Shown here: positions 1-8,835 of the stretch, piece by piece
Numbering within the stretch: the first letter of the stretch is position 1
Layout: every line of letters starts with the position of its first letter
Assembly (NCBI GenBank): GCA_903894565.1
Contig: CAITQP010000016.1
Location: 16,927 to 80,926 of the forward strand
Direction of reading: 5' to 3'
DNA: 64,000 nt
Source of the DNA: an uncultured bacterium
GTDB lineage: Bacteria > Patescibacteriota > Minisyncoccia > Phycocordibacterales > UBA9973
The notes under the pieces: generated by a model
What the model saw: the letters and a program-made list of their open reading frames with translations, nothing else
Told to the model about the DNA's origin: nothing
The model's database searches: none
Program-made: the position numbers and the translations under genes

Positions 1-262
1 TTTTAATTTCACCCGTAACAATGGTTTGTCTCAGGAAGGAAAAGTAGTCCTTTTTGATTTTAATGAAGTAACGTTCGACAAAAATGAGGTGCTCGCATTA
101 ATCGAATCCAAGCGTTGGCTCACATCGTATTCGTTCACAAAGGACTTGCATGCGGGGGCTCTAAAAGATTATTATGCCCAAGCAATGGCCAAGGCCATGA
201 CGCGCGAGAATCTCGATCGATATTGGAAAGACAATGAACAACTTCTGGCAAAAACTCAATAA
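1..262 (+). CDS. 3' end of an upstream gene (partial, continues off window start); hypothetical protein
   Basis: Frame-2 ORF is open from base 2 with no upstream stop and ends at 262, overlapping dusB start by 29 nt. No recognisable domain. Confidence 0.35.
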   Translation, partial: FNFTRNNGLSQEGKVVLFDFNEVTFDKNEVLALIESKRWLTSYSFTKDLHAGALKDYYAQAMAKAMTRENLDRYWKDNEQLLAKTQ

Positions 263-1211
263 ACCGTTTTTCGTCCTTGCGCCGATGGCAGATGTCACCG
301 ACGCTTCTTTTCGACAGATCATTGCGAAATATTCTCGCCATGGAGAGGATGGTGGTGGTCCCGATGTGTTTTGGACAGAATTCGTTGCCGCTGACGGACT
401 CATGAGCCCAGGGCGCGAAGTCTTGCGTCATGATTTGAAATTTGGCGGGAACGAGCATCCGATCGTTGCTCAGCTTTTCGGTGCGCATCCAGACAAAATG
501 GAAGGTGCGGCGCGACTGTGTCAGGAACTCGGATTCGATGGTATTGATATCAATATGGGCTGTCCGGACAAATCTATCGAGAAGCAGGGAGCAGGGGCGT
601 GCATGATGAAAAATCCAGATGTCGCGAGAGAAATCATTCGCGCCGCTAAACGCGGCGCTCCCAACCTGCCAATCTCCGTCAAAACCCGCATCGGCTACAA
701 CAAAAACGAACTCGATACATGGATCCCCGAAGTGCTCGCTGAAAATATTCAGGCGCTCACCGTACATTGTCGTACGCGCAAAGAAATGAGCAAGGTGCCT
801 GCGCGCTGGGAACATGTCCGAGAGGCGGTCGCTATTCGCGACCGCCTCGGAGTCGAAACACTCATTCTCGGCAATGGTGACGTCAAAGATATTGCCGACG
901 CGAAACAAAAAGTCGATGAGACAGGATGCGACGGTGTCATGCTCGGTCGCGCGATCTTCGGCAATCCGTGGCTCTTCGATCAGCATCGCACGGAGGTGAC
1001 GAAAGAAGAAAAAATCCGCGTCATGGTAGAGCACACCAAACTCTATGAGCAAATGCTCGGAGGCATAAAAAGTTTTGCGATTATGAAAAAGCACTACAAA
1101 GCATACGTCAACGGATTCGATGGCGCGATGGAGCTGCGCGAAAAATTCATGCAATGCGAAAATGCGAGTGAGGTAGAGGCGGTAGCGAATGCGTATTTTG
1201 AGGGGAAATAA
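234..1211 (+). CDS. dusB: tRNA-dihydrouridine synthase (Dus family)
   Basis: N-terminal FVLAPMADVTDASFRQI motif and TIM-barrel Dus signature; 325 aa. Confidence 0.85.
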   Translation: MNNFWQKLNKPFFVLAPMADVTDASFRQIIAKYSRHGEDGGGPDVFWTEFVAADGLMSPGREVLRHDLKFGGNEHPIVAQLFGAHPDKMEGAARLCQELGFDGIDINMGCPDKSIEKQGAGACMMKNPDVAREIIRAAKRGAPNLPISVKTRIGYNKNELDTWIPEVLAENIQALTVHCRTRKEMSKVPARWEHVREAVAIRDRLGVETLILGNGDVKDIADAKQKVDETGCDGVMLGRAIFGNPWLFDQHRTEVTKEEKIRVMVEHTKLYEQMLGGIKSFAIMKKHYKAYVNGFDGAMELREKFMQCENASEVEAVANAYFEGK

Positions 1212-1214
1212 AAA

Positions 1215-1248
1215 AAGGAAAGCAATTATTGGATGCTTTCCTTTTTTC
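1215..1248 (+). terminator. Intrinsic terminator after dusB
   Basis: 10-bp stem AAGGAAAGCA/TGCTTTCCTT followed by a T-tract. Confidence 0.6.
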
Positions 1249-1281
1249 ATTTGTTTCTTTTTTGTAGAAAGAGCTGTTTTA

Positions 1282-1719
1282 TTACGGTTGAATGTAGACC
1301 GTAAACATATCCGGCACATCTTCTTCTGCGCGGAGAGTAATTCCCGCTGTTGCCGATACTTCATTTACTGGGTAGAAAAATATAATTTCTCCACCTGTTT
1401 CGACATCGAAAGTGGTTTGATATTTTAGGGCGTATTCGCCCTCTTTCGATTTGAGCATAAATCGAATGCTCTTTCGAAAGGCTACGGCCACAATCATAAC
1501 GTACAACTGATTTACACGGCTTCCTGTCAGCTTTGGTGCAATGATCAGTTGTTTTAAATCACGACGGAGTTCTTGCAACCTCAGTTCCGTGATTGTGATT
1601 GGATATGAGCCTATCGCGCCAGCTTTCGTTGCGAACGTGGGAACCCCATTGAATTCATGGGTCAAATTAATTAAGAACTCATCTGTTAAAATCTTCATAT
1701 TTTTTTGGTTTGTCAGCAA
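1282..1719 (-). CDS. hypothetical protein
   Basis: 145-aa ORF with coding-like composition and no recognisable motif. Confidence 0.4.
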   Translation of the reverse strand: MLTNQKNMKILTDEFLINLTHEFNGVPTFATKAGAIGSYPITITELRLQELRRDLKQLIIAPKLTGSRVNQLYVMIVAVAFRKSIRFMLKSKEGEYALKYQTTFDVETGGEIIFFYPVNEVSATAGITLRAEEDVPDMFTVYIQP

Positions 1720-1797
1720 TATACCATTATTTCAAAATAAGTCAAAAAATAGTTGAATTTTCTGACGCTGGGCGTTTTCTGATATACTCATGAACAT

Positions 1798-2823
1798 ATG
1801 AGTGACCAAGCCCTGTATCGCAAATACCGCCCTGAAGTGTTTGCCGATCTCGTTGGTCAGGAACACATTGTCGCTTCGCTTGAAGGGGCGCTTTCGTCGG
1901 GCAAAATCGCGCATGCGTATCTTTTTTCGGGTGGACGCGGTACGGGCAAGACTACGAGTGCGCGTATCCTCGCGAGTGCCCTCGGTACGAGTCCGAGCGA
2001 CACGTACGAGATAGATGCGGCGTCGAACAATGGTGTCGATGACATTCGTGAATTGCGCGAGAACGTCGGCACGCTTCCGTTTGATTCACGATTCAAGGTC
2101 TACATCATCGACGAGGTGCACATGCTCTCAAAGGCTGCATTCAATGCGCTCCTCAAGACACTCGAAGAGCCACCAGCACACGTGATCTTCATCCTCGCAA
2201 CGACCGAACTCGAAAAAGTTCCCGAGACGATCATCTCACGTTGTCAGACGTTTGTATTTCGTAAACCATCTGAATCGACACTTCGAACTGTGATCGAGAA
2301 GACAGCGAAAAAAGAAAAAGTCACGCTCGGCGCAGGTGTGGCAGATTTGATTGCGCTTCTTGCGAATGGATCATTCCGCGATGCACTCGGCACATTGCAA
2401 AAAGTCTGCACGAGCGGGGGAGACAAAGTCTCGCTCGAACAAGCGGCACGCATCACCGGCGCACCATCGAGTACAATCGTGCACGATATCATGGACGCAA
2501 TCGCGCGCGGAGCACTGAGTGAGGCACTCACGACTGTTGAGCGCGCGCGTGCATCCAACATCGAACCCAAAATATTGCTCGGCCTCTTGCTCCACACATT
2601 CCGCCGAGTGCTCTTGCTCAAAGTCGCTCCGTCACTCGCAAAAGGCGAGATCGACGGCTTGAGTGAAGAAGAAAAAGTCTTTTTGATAAAGCTCTCAAAG
2701 TCAGACTCAGTGCACATCAATTCAAACGCGCTCCTCGCGCTCCTCGACGCCATGAGCACCCAAAAGTACGCCTACATCGAAGAATTGCCTCTCGAACTCG
2801 CGCTCATGAAGATGCTTGGATAG
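1798..2823 (+). CDS. dnaX: DNA polymerase III subunit gamma/tau, short 341-aa form
   Basis: YRKYRPEVFADLVGQEH, Walker A GGRGTGKTT, SRC and sensor motifs. Upstream TTGAAT/TATACT promoter-like hexamers. Confidence 0.9.
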   Translation: MSDQALYRKYRPEVFADLVGQEHIVASLEGALSSGKIAHAYLFSGGRGTGKTTSARILASALGTSPSDTYEIDAASNNGVDDIRELRENVGTLPFDSRFKVYIIDEVHMLSKAAFNALLKTLEEPPAHVIFILATTELEKVPETIISRCQTFVFRKPSESTLRTVIEKTAKKEKVTLGAGVADLIALLANGSFRDALGTLQKVCTSGGDKVSLEQAARITGAPSSTIVHDIMDAIARGALSEALTTVERARASNIEPKILLGLLLHTFRRVLLLKVAPSLAKGEIDGLSEEEKVFLIKLSKSDSVHINSNALLALLDAMSTQKYAYIEELPLELALMKMLG

Positions 2824-2923
2824 GGAGGTGTTTCCGGAGGGGAGATGAGGCAGATTCCGGTCAGAACCGCGAGAGAGGTTGTTTTTTGGTCGTAAAAAAG
2901 ATAAGCTAAAGTGTTTTTACCAT

Positions 2924-2997
2924 TGAGGGATCGTCTAACGGTAGGACAGAGGCCTTTGAAGCCTTTAATCGGGGTTCGATTCCCTGTCCCTCAGCCA
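2924..2997 (+). tRNA. tRNA-Gln (anticodon TTG), CCA encoded
   Basis: Manual cloverleaf: acceptor TGAGGGA/TCCCTCA, anticodon stem GAGGC/GCCTT, loop CTTTGAA, T-loop TTCGATT, 3' GCCA. Confidence 0.8.
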
Positions 2998-3094
2998 ACA
3001 AGAGCGCGCACGAGACGCGTCAATGCTACGTTTCGTGAGTTTTGCATAGATTAAAATACGCAGTAGAGCGATATAATACAAGCTCAAATTAAAT

Positions 3095-3667
3095 ATGAAT
3101 GAAGTTATAAAGTATATAATCACAATGTTGGGCGGGACCGCACTTGTCGTTGGAGGACTTGCTTGGGTTTTGCGAAAACTAATCGATCAATTTTTTAATA
3201 ATAAAATTGAAAAATTTAAATATGAGCTTGAGAAGGAAAATACAAAATTTAGAATCACTTATGAGAGATTACATTTAGAAAGAGCAGAAATTATCAAAGA
3301 GACTTATAAAAAAATTGTACTCACATTTGATCTTTTTAGGTCGTATGTTAACCCTTTGCAGTTGGTTGGAGAGAAGCCCGAAAATGAAAAGAAAAAGGAA
3401 GCGGGTTTGGCATACAATGAATTTTATAAATTTTATGACGAAAACAGGATTTTCTTCGACGAGTCTCTCGCTGCTAAGATTGATAAATTAAGAGAAGCGC
3501 TTTGGGACGCGTGGATAAAGTTTCAGTTATCTAGGGACTTACGTGAGGGTAGCCATAGAGACGGACACGATGAATGGATGCAGGCATGGACCAAAGTTGA
3601 TAATGAGGTGCCTTTGATAAGAAACGAAATTGAAGCAGAATTTAGAAAGATTATTGGAATCGAGTAG
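3095..3667 (+). CDS. hypothetical membrane-anchored coiled-coil protein (AT-rich islet)
   Basis: N-terminal TM helix then K/E-rich helical region. Much lower GC than flanks. Immediately downstream of tRNA-Gln. Confidence 0.5.
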   Translation: MNEVIKYIITMLGGTALVVGGLAWVLRKLIDQFFNNKIEKFKYELEKENTKFRITYERLHLERAEIIKETYKKIVLTFDLFRSYVNPLQLVGEKPENEKKKEAGLAYNEFYKFYDENRIFFDESLAAKIDKLREALWDAWIKFQLSRDLREGSHRDGHDEWMQAWTKVDNEVPLIRNEIEAEFRKIIGIE

Positions 3668-3670
3668 GGG

Positions 3671-4078
3671 TTGATATCCCATTTTAATATGTTCGAGGTA
3701 TATCGAAATCGTATAGTTACAAACATGTCAAAAGTACATATCCACAAAAACATTCCCACCCCAGAAGCTGAAGACTTAAAAAAAGCCTTGGAAGCTCGAG
3801 GTGTTGAAATCAATGAAGAATTTCACGATGGATTCAAAACTATTGACCTTAGACTGCCTGCTGCAAAAATCGATGTCGAAGTCGACGGTGTTCACCATTT
3901 AACGAACCCAAAACAAATACTTTCAGATTTGGATCGTGGCCATTATTCGCACAAGGATGGGTATGACACGATGCACATACCAAACAAAATGATTCATGCG
4001 CATTTGGAAGAGATTGCAGACGCACTTGCGATAGCATCTAAGACTCGACAAAAACGTCTAGACGTCTATTTGAAATAG
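3671..4078 (+). CDS. DUF559-like endonuclease-domain protein (Vsr/PD-(D/E)xK-like fold)
   Basis: IDLRLPAAKIDVEVDGVHH...D...H pattern resembles the DUF559 family. AT-rich. Confidence 0.45.
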   Translation: MISHFNMFEVYRNRIVTNMSKVHIHKNIPTPEAEDLKKALEARGVEINEEFHDGFKTIDLRLPAAKIDVEVDGVHHLTNPKQILSDLDRGHYSHKDGYDTMHIPNKMIHAHLEEIADALAIASKTRQKRLDVYLK

Positions 4079-4129
4079 ACAACCACGGCACAGCAATCTC
4101 CACCGAGCATAGCGTGGTATAATGAGCAC

Positions 4130-4750
4130 ATGAACATAATCTATGCCGTAGTAGGCCTGTGTGTGCTGTGGTCGATTTGGGGACTCGTTTCTTCGCGTGT
4201 GCCGAAGACTCCTTACTCCGTGCTTGAATCGAAGCATGGGTATGAGGTGCGACTCTATCCCGCGCATATTGTGGCACAGACCACAGTGAAGGGTTCGTAT
4301 GACATGGCGCTCAATCAGGGCTTCCGCATTGTGGCCGGATATATTTTTGGTGGCAATACGAAGAAGGAGAGTATCTCCATGACGTCACCTGTGGTAGAAA
4401 AAAGCGCACAGTCAGAATCCATCGCGATGACGTCTCCGGTCGTCGCGACCATAGAAGGCGAGTCGCACACCATCGCATTCGGTATGCCACAATCGTACAC
4501 GCTCGAAACGCTTCCGACACCGACTGATCCACGCGTCACGATCGCAACAATTCCTGAAAAGAAAATGGCCGTCATCCGATTCAGTTGGATGCGTACTCCT
4601 GAGCGTGTGCAGTCACAAAAACAAACTTTGCTCGATGCACTCGCCAAAGACAATGTCACCGTCGTCGGATCACCAGAATACGCGGGCTACAATGCTCCGT
4701 GGACTCCGCCATGGATGACGCGTCATGAAGTGCTCGTCGAAATCAAATAA
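4130..4750 (+). CDS. SOUL/HBP heme-binding family protein with N-terminal TM anchor
   Basis: YEVR-Y, duplicated MTSPV motifs, FGMP. Typical SOUL domain architecture. Confidence 0.7.
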   Translation: MNIIYAVVGLCVLWSIWGLVSSRVPKTPYSVLESKHGYEVRLYPAHIVAQTTVKGSYDMALNQGFRIVAGYIFGGNTKKESISMTSPVVEKSAQSESIAMTSPVVATIEGESHTIAFGMPQSYTLETLPTPTDPRVTIATIPEKKMAVIRFSWMRTPERVQSQKQTLLDALAKDNVTVVGSPEYAGYNAPWTPPWMTRHEVLVEIK

Positions 4751-4767
4751 TCATTTACGCAAAGCGC

Positions 4768-5874
4768 ATGCATATGAAATTTTCAAAAAGCTCAGTACTC
4801 CTCATCGCGATTCTCCTCGTCGCGGGAATTATTATCGTACAGCGAAAACGTACTATTGTTGTTCTTTCGAACGGCTACACTCAAGTATCGACGACGCCCA
4901 CTCCGCTTGCGCCGGCGCCGATCGACGAAGGAAATGCAGCCGTGTCTCCGAAATATCAGATCAATATGAGTGCGACGACAGTGGATGGATATTCGACTGT
5001 GTATTTCTCAAGTCATAAACTGAATGTTGACGTTGGTCCAAATCCGCAAGAAGGCGTCGAAGCATCGAAGCAAATGGTCGTTACAAATCTTGGCACGGCG
5101 GATCTCATGACCGAGCTTTCGATATTGCAAGCCTGCGATGTGCGGTTTGATCGTATTATGAATATTGATACGCCGACTGATCATATTGAACTCAATGTTG
5201 AGGCGACAACACCTGATGCAACGAACACAAATGATACGGTTACAAAAATCATTCGCGAGAATCCATCGTACTTTGAAAAAAATCAGGCGTATGGATGTGG
5301 AGATCAACTCATCTGGAAAAAAGATGGACAACAATCGTTCTACACTGCACTCGTCGCGGGCAAGACAGGACCGATCAGCCAGGCATGGTTCAAAACACTT
5401 GATACTATATTCGCCAAAATTCGCACAGCAAAAACTGCGAGCGAAGCAGCCGAAACTATCGGCGCAATGTCGCTTGAGGCTTCAAATTCAAACACGTTTA
5501 CCGGTCAGCCTGTGGCAATTCAATCGATCGTGAAGCAAGCGGACGGAACGTGGCAATTCGCCATCGACCTTTTGTCGAGAAACCCAAATTGGTTGCCCGG
5601 TGGAGAGGGAAACTTTTTCCTCAACCTGAGTCCTGTTGTCCGTCATCTCGCGGTGACGACTGCGACCAAGACATATGCGTGTGGTGGAAATCCTGACGAC
5701 AACAATACGTCAGCAGGTCTCCTTGAACCGACGGTCGGATATGTCGCAAAGTTACAGTCGCGCCTTGAGCAGATACAAACCGAAACTCAGGTGAGTGTTC
5801 CTCAAATGGTCACGGCGTATATGAGTGCTGACGGGACCAAGATTACGGCGATGTATGAGCAATGTTTGCCCTAG
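4768..5874 (+). CDS. hypothetical secreted/membrane-anchored protein
   Basis: N-terminal TM helix then 340-aa T/S-rich extracytoplasmic region. No known motif. Confidence 0.5.
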   Translation: MHMKFSKSSVLLIAILLVAGIIIVQRKRTIVVLSNGYTQVSTTPTPLAPAPIDEGNAAVSPKYQINMSATTVDGYSTVYFSSHKLNVDVGPNPQEGVEASKQMVVTNLGTADLMTELSILQACDVRFDRIMNIDTPTDHIELNVEATTPDATNTNDTVTKIIRENPSYFEKNQAYGCGDQLIWKKDGQQSFYTALVAGKTGPISQAWFKTLDTIFAKIRTAKTASEAAETIGAMSLEASNSNTFTGQPVAIQSIVKQADGTWQFAIDLLSRNPNWLPGGEGNFFLNLSPVVRHLAVTTATKTYACGGNPDDNNTSAGLLEPTVGYVAKLQSRLEQIQTETQVSVPQMVTAYMSADGTKITAMYEQCLP

Positions 5875-5942
5875 TTTAGGCTCCGGATTTGGTGACAAAA
5901 AATGGTGTATACTGTCGGGTATATTAGTAATGATACAAATAT

Positions 5943-6188
5943 ATGTCAGAAAAAAAGTGTACTGCGTGTGAGAGTTGTTTGATGCCGTTTGATAAAGATA
6001 CTGGTGTTCGCGAGTCGGACAAGTATTGCAGTTTGTGTTTCAAGAATGGCAAGTTGGCCTATGAGGGTACCGATCTGAAAGAATTCCAAAAAGTCTGCTA
6101 CGAGAGTATGCGCAAAAATGGTATCAATCCGCTCAAAGCGCGATTCTTCACGTGGATGATTCGGTTCGCTCCACGTTGGAAAAAATAA
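5943..6188 (+). CDS. small zinc-ribbon protein
   Basis: Two CxxC pairs (CTACESC ... CSLC) in 81 aa. Confidence 0.5.
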   Translation: MSEKKCTACESCLMPFDKDTGVRESDKYCSLCFKNGKLAYEGTDLKEFQKVCYESMRKNGINPLKARFFTWMIRFAPRWKK

Positions 6189-6196
6189 TTTCACAT

Positions 6197-6976
6197 ATGA
6201 AATCCGCGTGTCTTGATTTCGTCGTGTTTATACAGAAAGAAGCGCGAGCCTGTCTCTTTGCAGGCTCGTTTCTTTTTCTTATTTTCATTTCAAAGTACAT
6301 TCATGTGTTTGGGCTCGCGCGATATGATTTCCTTTTTCTCGCGGCAGTTCTGATTCAAATTCTGATGCTCGTGTTCAAACTTGAGACCAAGGATGAGGCG
6401 AAGACGATCGTACTTTTTCACGTGATCGGATTCGTGCTTGAAGTGTACAAGACGAGTCCAATGATTGGCTCGTGGTCATATCCAGAAGCCGGATTTTTTA
6501 AACTATGGAATGTGCCACTCTACAGCGGATTTATGTATGCGTCGATCGGAAGCTATATCGCGCACGCGTGGAAAGGCCTAGAACTGCGGCTCATCAACCC
6601 GCCTCCATATTGGTACAGCGTCGTCGTGTGTGTCTGTATTTATCTCAATTTTTTTACAAACCATTTCGTGTGGGATTTTCGTCCGATCCTCATTCTCGCC
6701 GTATTTGCGCTCTATTGGAAAACACGCGTCGAATTCACACCGCGCACGAAGGTATATTCCATGCCACTGGTGCTCAGTTTTGTATTGACGGCGTTCTTTG
6801 TATGGATTGCTGAGAACATCGGAACATTCTATGGCGCGTGGCAATATCCATCGCAGATCCATGCGTGGACTGTCGTCTCGATGCAAAAAATCACGTCATG
6901 GTTTCTGATGGTCATCATTAGTTTCATCATTGTGGCGTACTTGAAACACATAAAAGTAAAGCGAACAGAATCGTAA
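6197..6976 (+). CDS. integral membrane protein (polytopic; possibly DUF817-like)
   Basis: Six or more hydrophobic helices. Start moved to internal ATG at 6197 to avoid overlap. Confidence 0.5.
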   Translation: MKSACLDFVVFIQKEARACLFAGSFLFLIFISKYIHVFGLARYDFLFLAAVLIQILMLVFKLETKDEAKTIVLFHVIGFVLEVYKTSPMIGSWSYPEAGFFKLWNVPLYSGFMYASIGSYIAHAWKGLELRLINPPPYWYSVVVCVCIYLNFFTNHFVWDFRPILILAVFALYWKTRVEFTPRTKVYSMPLVLSFVLTAFFVWIAENIGTFYGAWQYPSQIHAWTVVSMQKITSWFLMVIISFIIVAYLKHIKVKRTES

Positions 6977-7034
6977 TTTTGGGATCAGTTCAGATATTTG
7001 ATACACTAGATGCATTATTGTTTAAAGCCACATT

Positions 7035-7454
7035 ATGGAAACAACTCACACACCAAATCCTCGTATCGAAGAACGCGCCAAAGCAGGTCCGCATTTGACC
7101 AAGCATGAGCACACTGGTATCAACGGGCGCATCGCCGTTATCATCACGAGTCTCGTCGGCACGATGTGGTGCGCGTATCTTTTTGCCCTCATCGCATTCA
7201 TTAGTTTGCCAGCTGCGATCAAAGCGGGAACACCAGCGCTCATCTCGTGGATCGCACAGACATTCTTGCAGTTGGTGCTCCTGTCCGTCATCATGGTCGG
7301 ACAAAAAGTCGCGGCTGCTGCATCTGACAAACAAGCACTTCAGACATATAAAGATGCGGAAGCACTGCTCAAAATGCAGGACGAAGTGCATCGTCTCATC
7401 ACAATCAATAATCAACTAACCCAAGAGATTCACGAGTTTGTGGTAAAGAAATAA
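7035..7454 (+). CDS. small membrane protein, DUF1003-like
   Basis: Two TM helices followed by a charged coiled-coil tail. Confidence 0.45.
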   Translation: METTHTPNPRIEERAKAGPHLTKHEHTGINGRIAVIITSLVGTMWCAYLFALIAFISLPAAIKAGTPALISWIAQTFLQLVLLSVIMVGQKVAAAASDKQALQTYKDAEALLKMQDEVHRLITINNQLTQEIHEFVVKK

Positions 7455-7459
7455 AGACG

Positions 7460-8203
7460 ATGTTGCAACGAAACCACTTCGCCATTCGTGTCATGATGAT
7501 TGTTTTTATTTGCGCCAGTGCGCAGGGTATTTTTGTGCGTGAGGCACAAGCAATCGATACACCACAAACTCCCGTCGAGAAAAAAGTCGCACTCACATTC
7601 GACGATGGTCCATATGGCGAACCAACAAAACAAATTCTCGCCATCCTTAAAAAGGAACAAGTGCACGCCACGTTTTTTGTGATGGGAGAGAACGTAGAAA
7701 AATATCCGGATATTGCGAAGGAGATCGTGGACGATGGCAACGTCATTGCGAATCATTCATATGATCATCCTAAAAACATGACGAGTGAGCCCACCAAGAA
7801 ATTTGATAGTGAATTGATACTGACCGAAAACGCGATTTATACAGCGACCAACAAACTTCCTGATTTGTTTCGTGCTCCATATGGAAAAACTTCGGCTCCA
7901 CTTTTGAAGAAATTACATAATGAGAAATACTTGCTTGTGCCATGGACGCTCGACACACTTGATTGGAATTTTCCAAAGAGTCCAGCTAGTGTCATCGTGA
8001 AGCGTGTCGAGAGTGAAGTGCGATCAAACGATATTATATTGATGCACGATGGACGCGATACAAAGATTGGATACCCGCGAGACAATATCGTTGAGGCCTT
8101 GCCGATTGTGATAGAAAATCTGAAAAAGGAAGGGTATACGTTTGTGACAGTGGATCAGCTGATTGGCAAAAGTGCATATTTCGATAAAAAGGTAGGATCG
8201 TAG
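7460..8203 (+). CDS. polysaccharide deacetylase (NodB-homology/CE4 family), secreted
   Basis: TFDDGP motif, HATFFV, NHSYDHP metal-binding motifs. N-terminal signal/TM. Confidence 0.8.
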   Translation: MLQRNHFAIRVMMIVFICASAQGIFVREAQAIDTPQTPVEKKVALTFDDGPYGEPTKQILAILKKEQVHATFFVMGENVEKYPDIAKEIVDDGNVIANHSYDHPKNMTSEPTKKFDSELILTENAIYTATNKLPDLFRAPYGKTSAPLLKKLHNEKYLLVPWTLDTLDWNFPKSPASVIVKRVESEVRSNDIILMHDGRDTKIGYPRDNIVEALPIVIENLKKEGYTFVTVDQLIGKSAYFDKKVGS

Positions 8204-8300
8204 CGACCCTCGTTATTGTATTTTTGTATTGGTGTGTTCATATCCACATTCTTCCTCGTATTTCTTTGTATTTCTTTTTGCGACTTGATACCATGTACGT

Positions 8301-8834
8301 ATGAGTATGAAAAAAATGAGCAAAACAATTTTGCGTGCACTCTTCGTGGGTGTTTTTTTATTGGCTGGGTGTAGTGCTTCGACTGTGTTTGCAAAAGCAA
8401 ACAATAAGACAAAAGGTACACAAACAAGTGTTCCAGATTACGGTGCACTCTTCACACAAAAAACAAAAGATGCGAATCTTTCGCACGATATGATAGTCGG
8501 AACGATTACGGATATCGGTGCACACTCGCTTTCAGTCACACTGACCGAAGCATCAGGCACGTTGCCTGCCGGCACGATCGTCACTGTTGCTACAGCACAT
8601 GCAAAAATGACACGCACTGGTATCGCTAATTTTAAAACAAAGCCATCAGGAAGTGTCTTTCGTTCAATGAGTGCACGATCACATACGAACGCACCAAAAA
8701 CCTCGATGAGTGATTTTGCTATCGGCGATGCTGTCACTGTCGTCGGCTCACTTGATTCAAACAAAGGAATGAAAGCAAAACAAATCATGGCGCACGCAAA
8801 GAATGATTTTCATATTAGTCAACCGGTAAAATAA
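8301..8834 (+). CDS. lipoprotein, hypothetical
   Basis: Signal peptide with lipobox LLAGC. Confidence 0.55.
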   Translation: MSMKKMSKTILRALFVGVFLLAGCSASTVFAKANNKTKGTQTSVPDYGALFTQKTKDANLSHDMIVGTITDIGAHSLSVTLTEASGTLPAGTIVTVATAHAKMTRTGIANFKTKPSGSVFRSMSARSHTNAPKTSMSDFAIGDAVTVVGSLDSNKGMKAKQIMAHAKNDFHISQPVK

Positions 8835-8835
8835 T

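Noticed and set aside
135-1364. 409-aa minus-strand ORF antisense to dusB, and similar long antisense ORFs (e.g. 14439..15290, 14656..15405, 36467..37000, 48426..48926)
   Set aside because: They lie entirely within well-supported genes with clear family signatures on the opposite strand and have no motifs of their own. They are typical shadow ORFs.
2824-2923. Possible SRP/4.5S RNA next to dnaX, a frequent genomic neighbour
   Set aside because: The sequence between dnaX and tRNA-Gln lacks the conserved domain IV symmetric-loop motif. It contains only short CCGG palindromes and an AACC/GGTT T-tract terminator.
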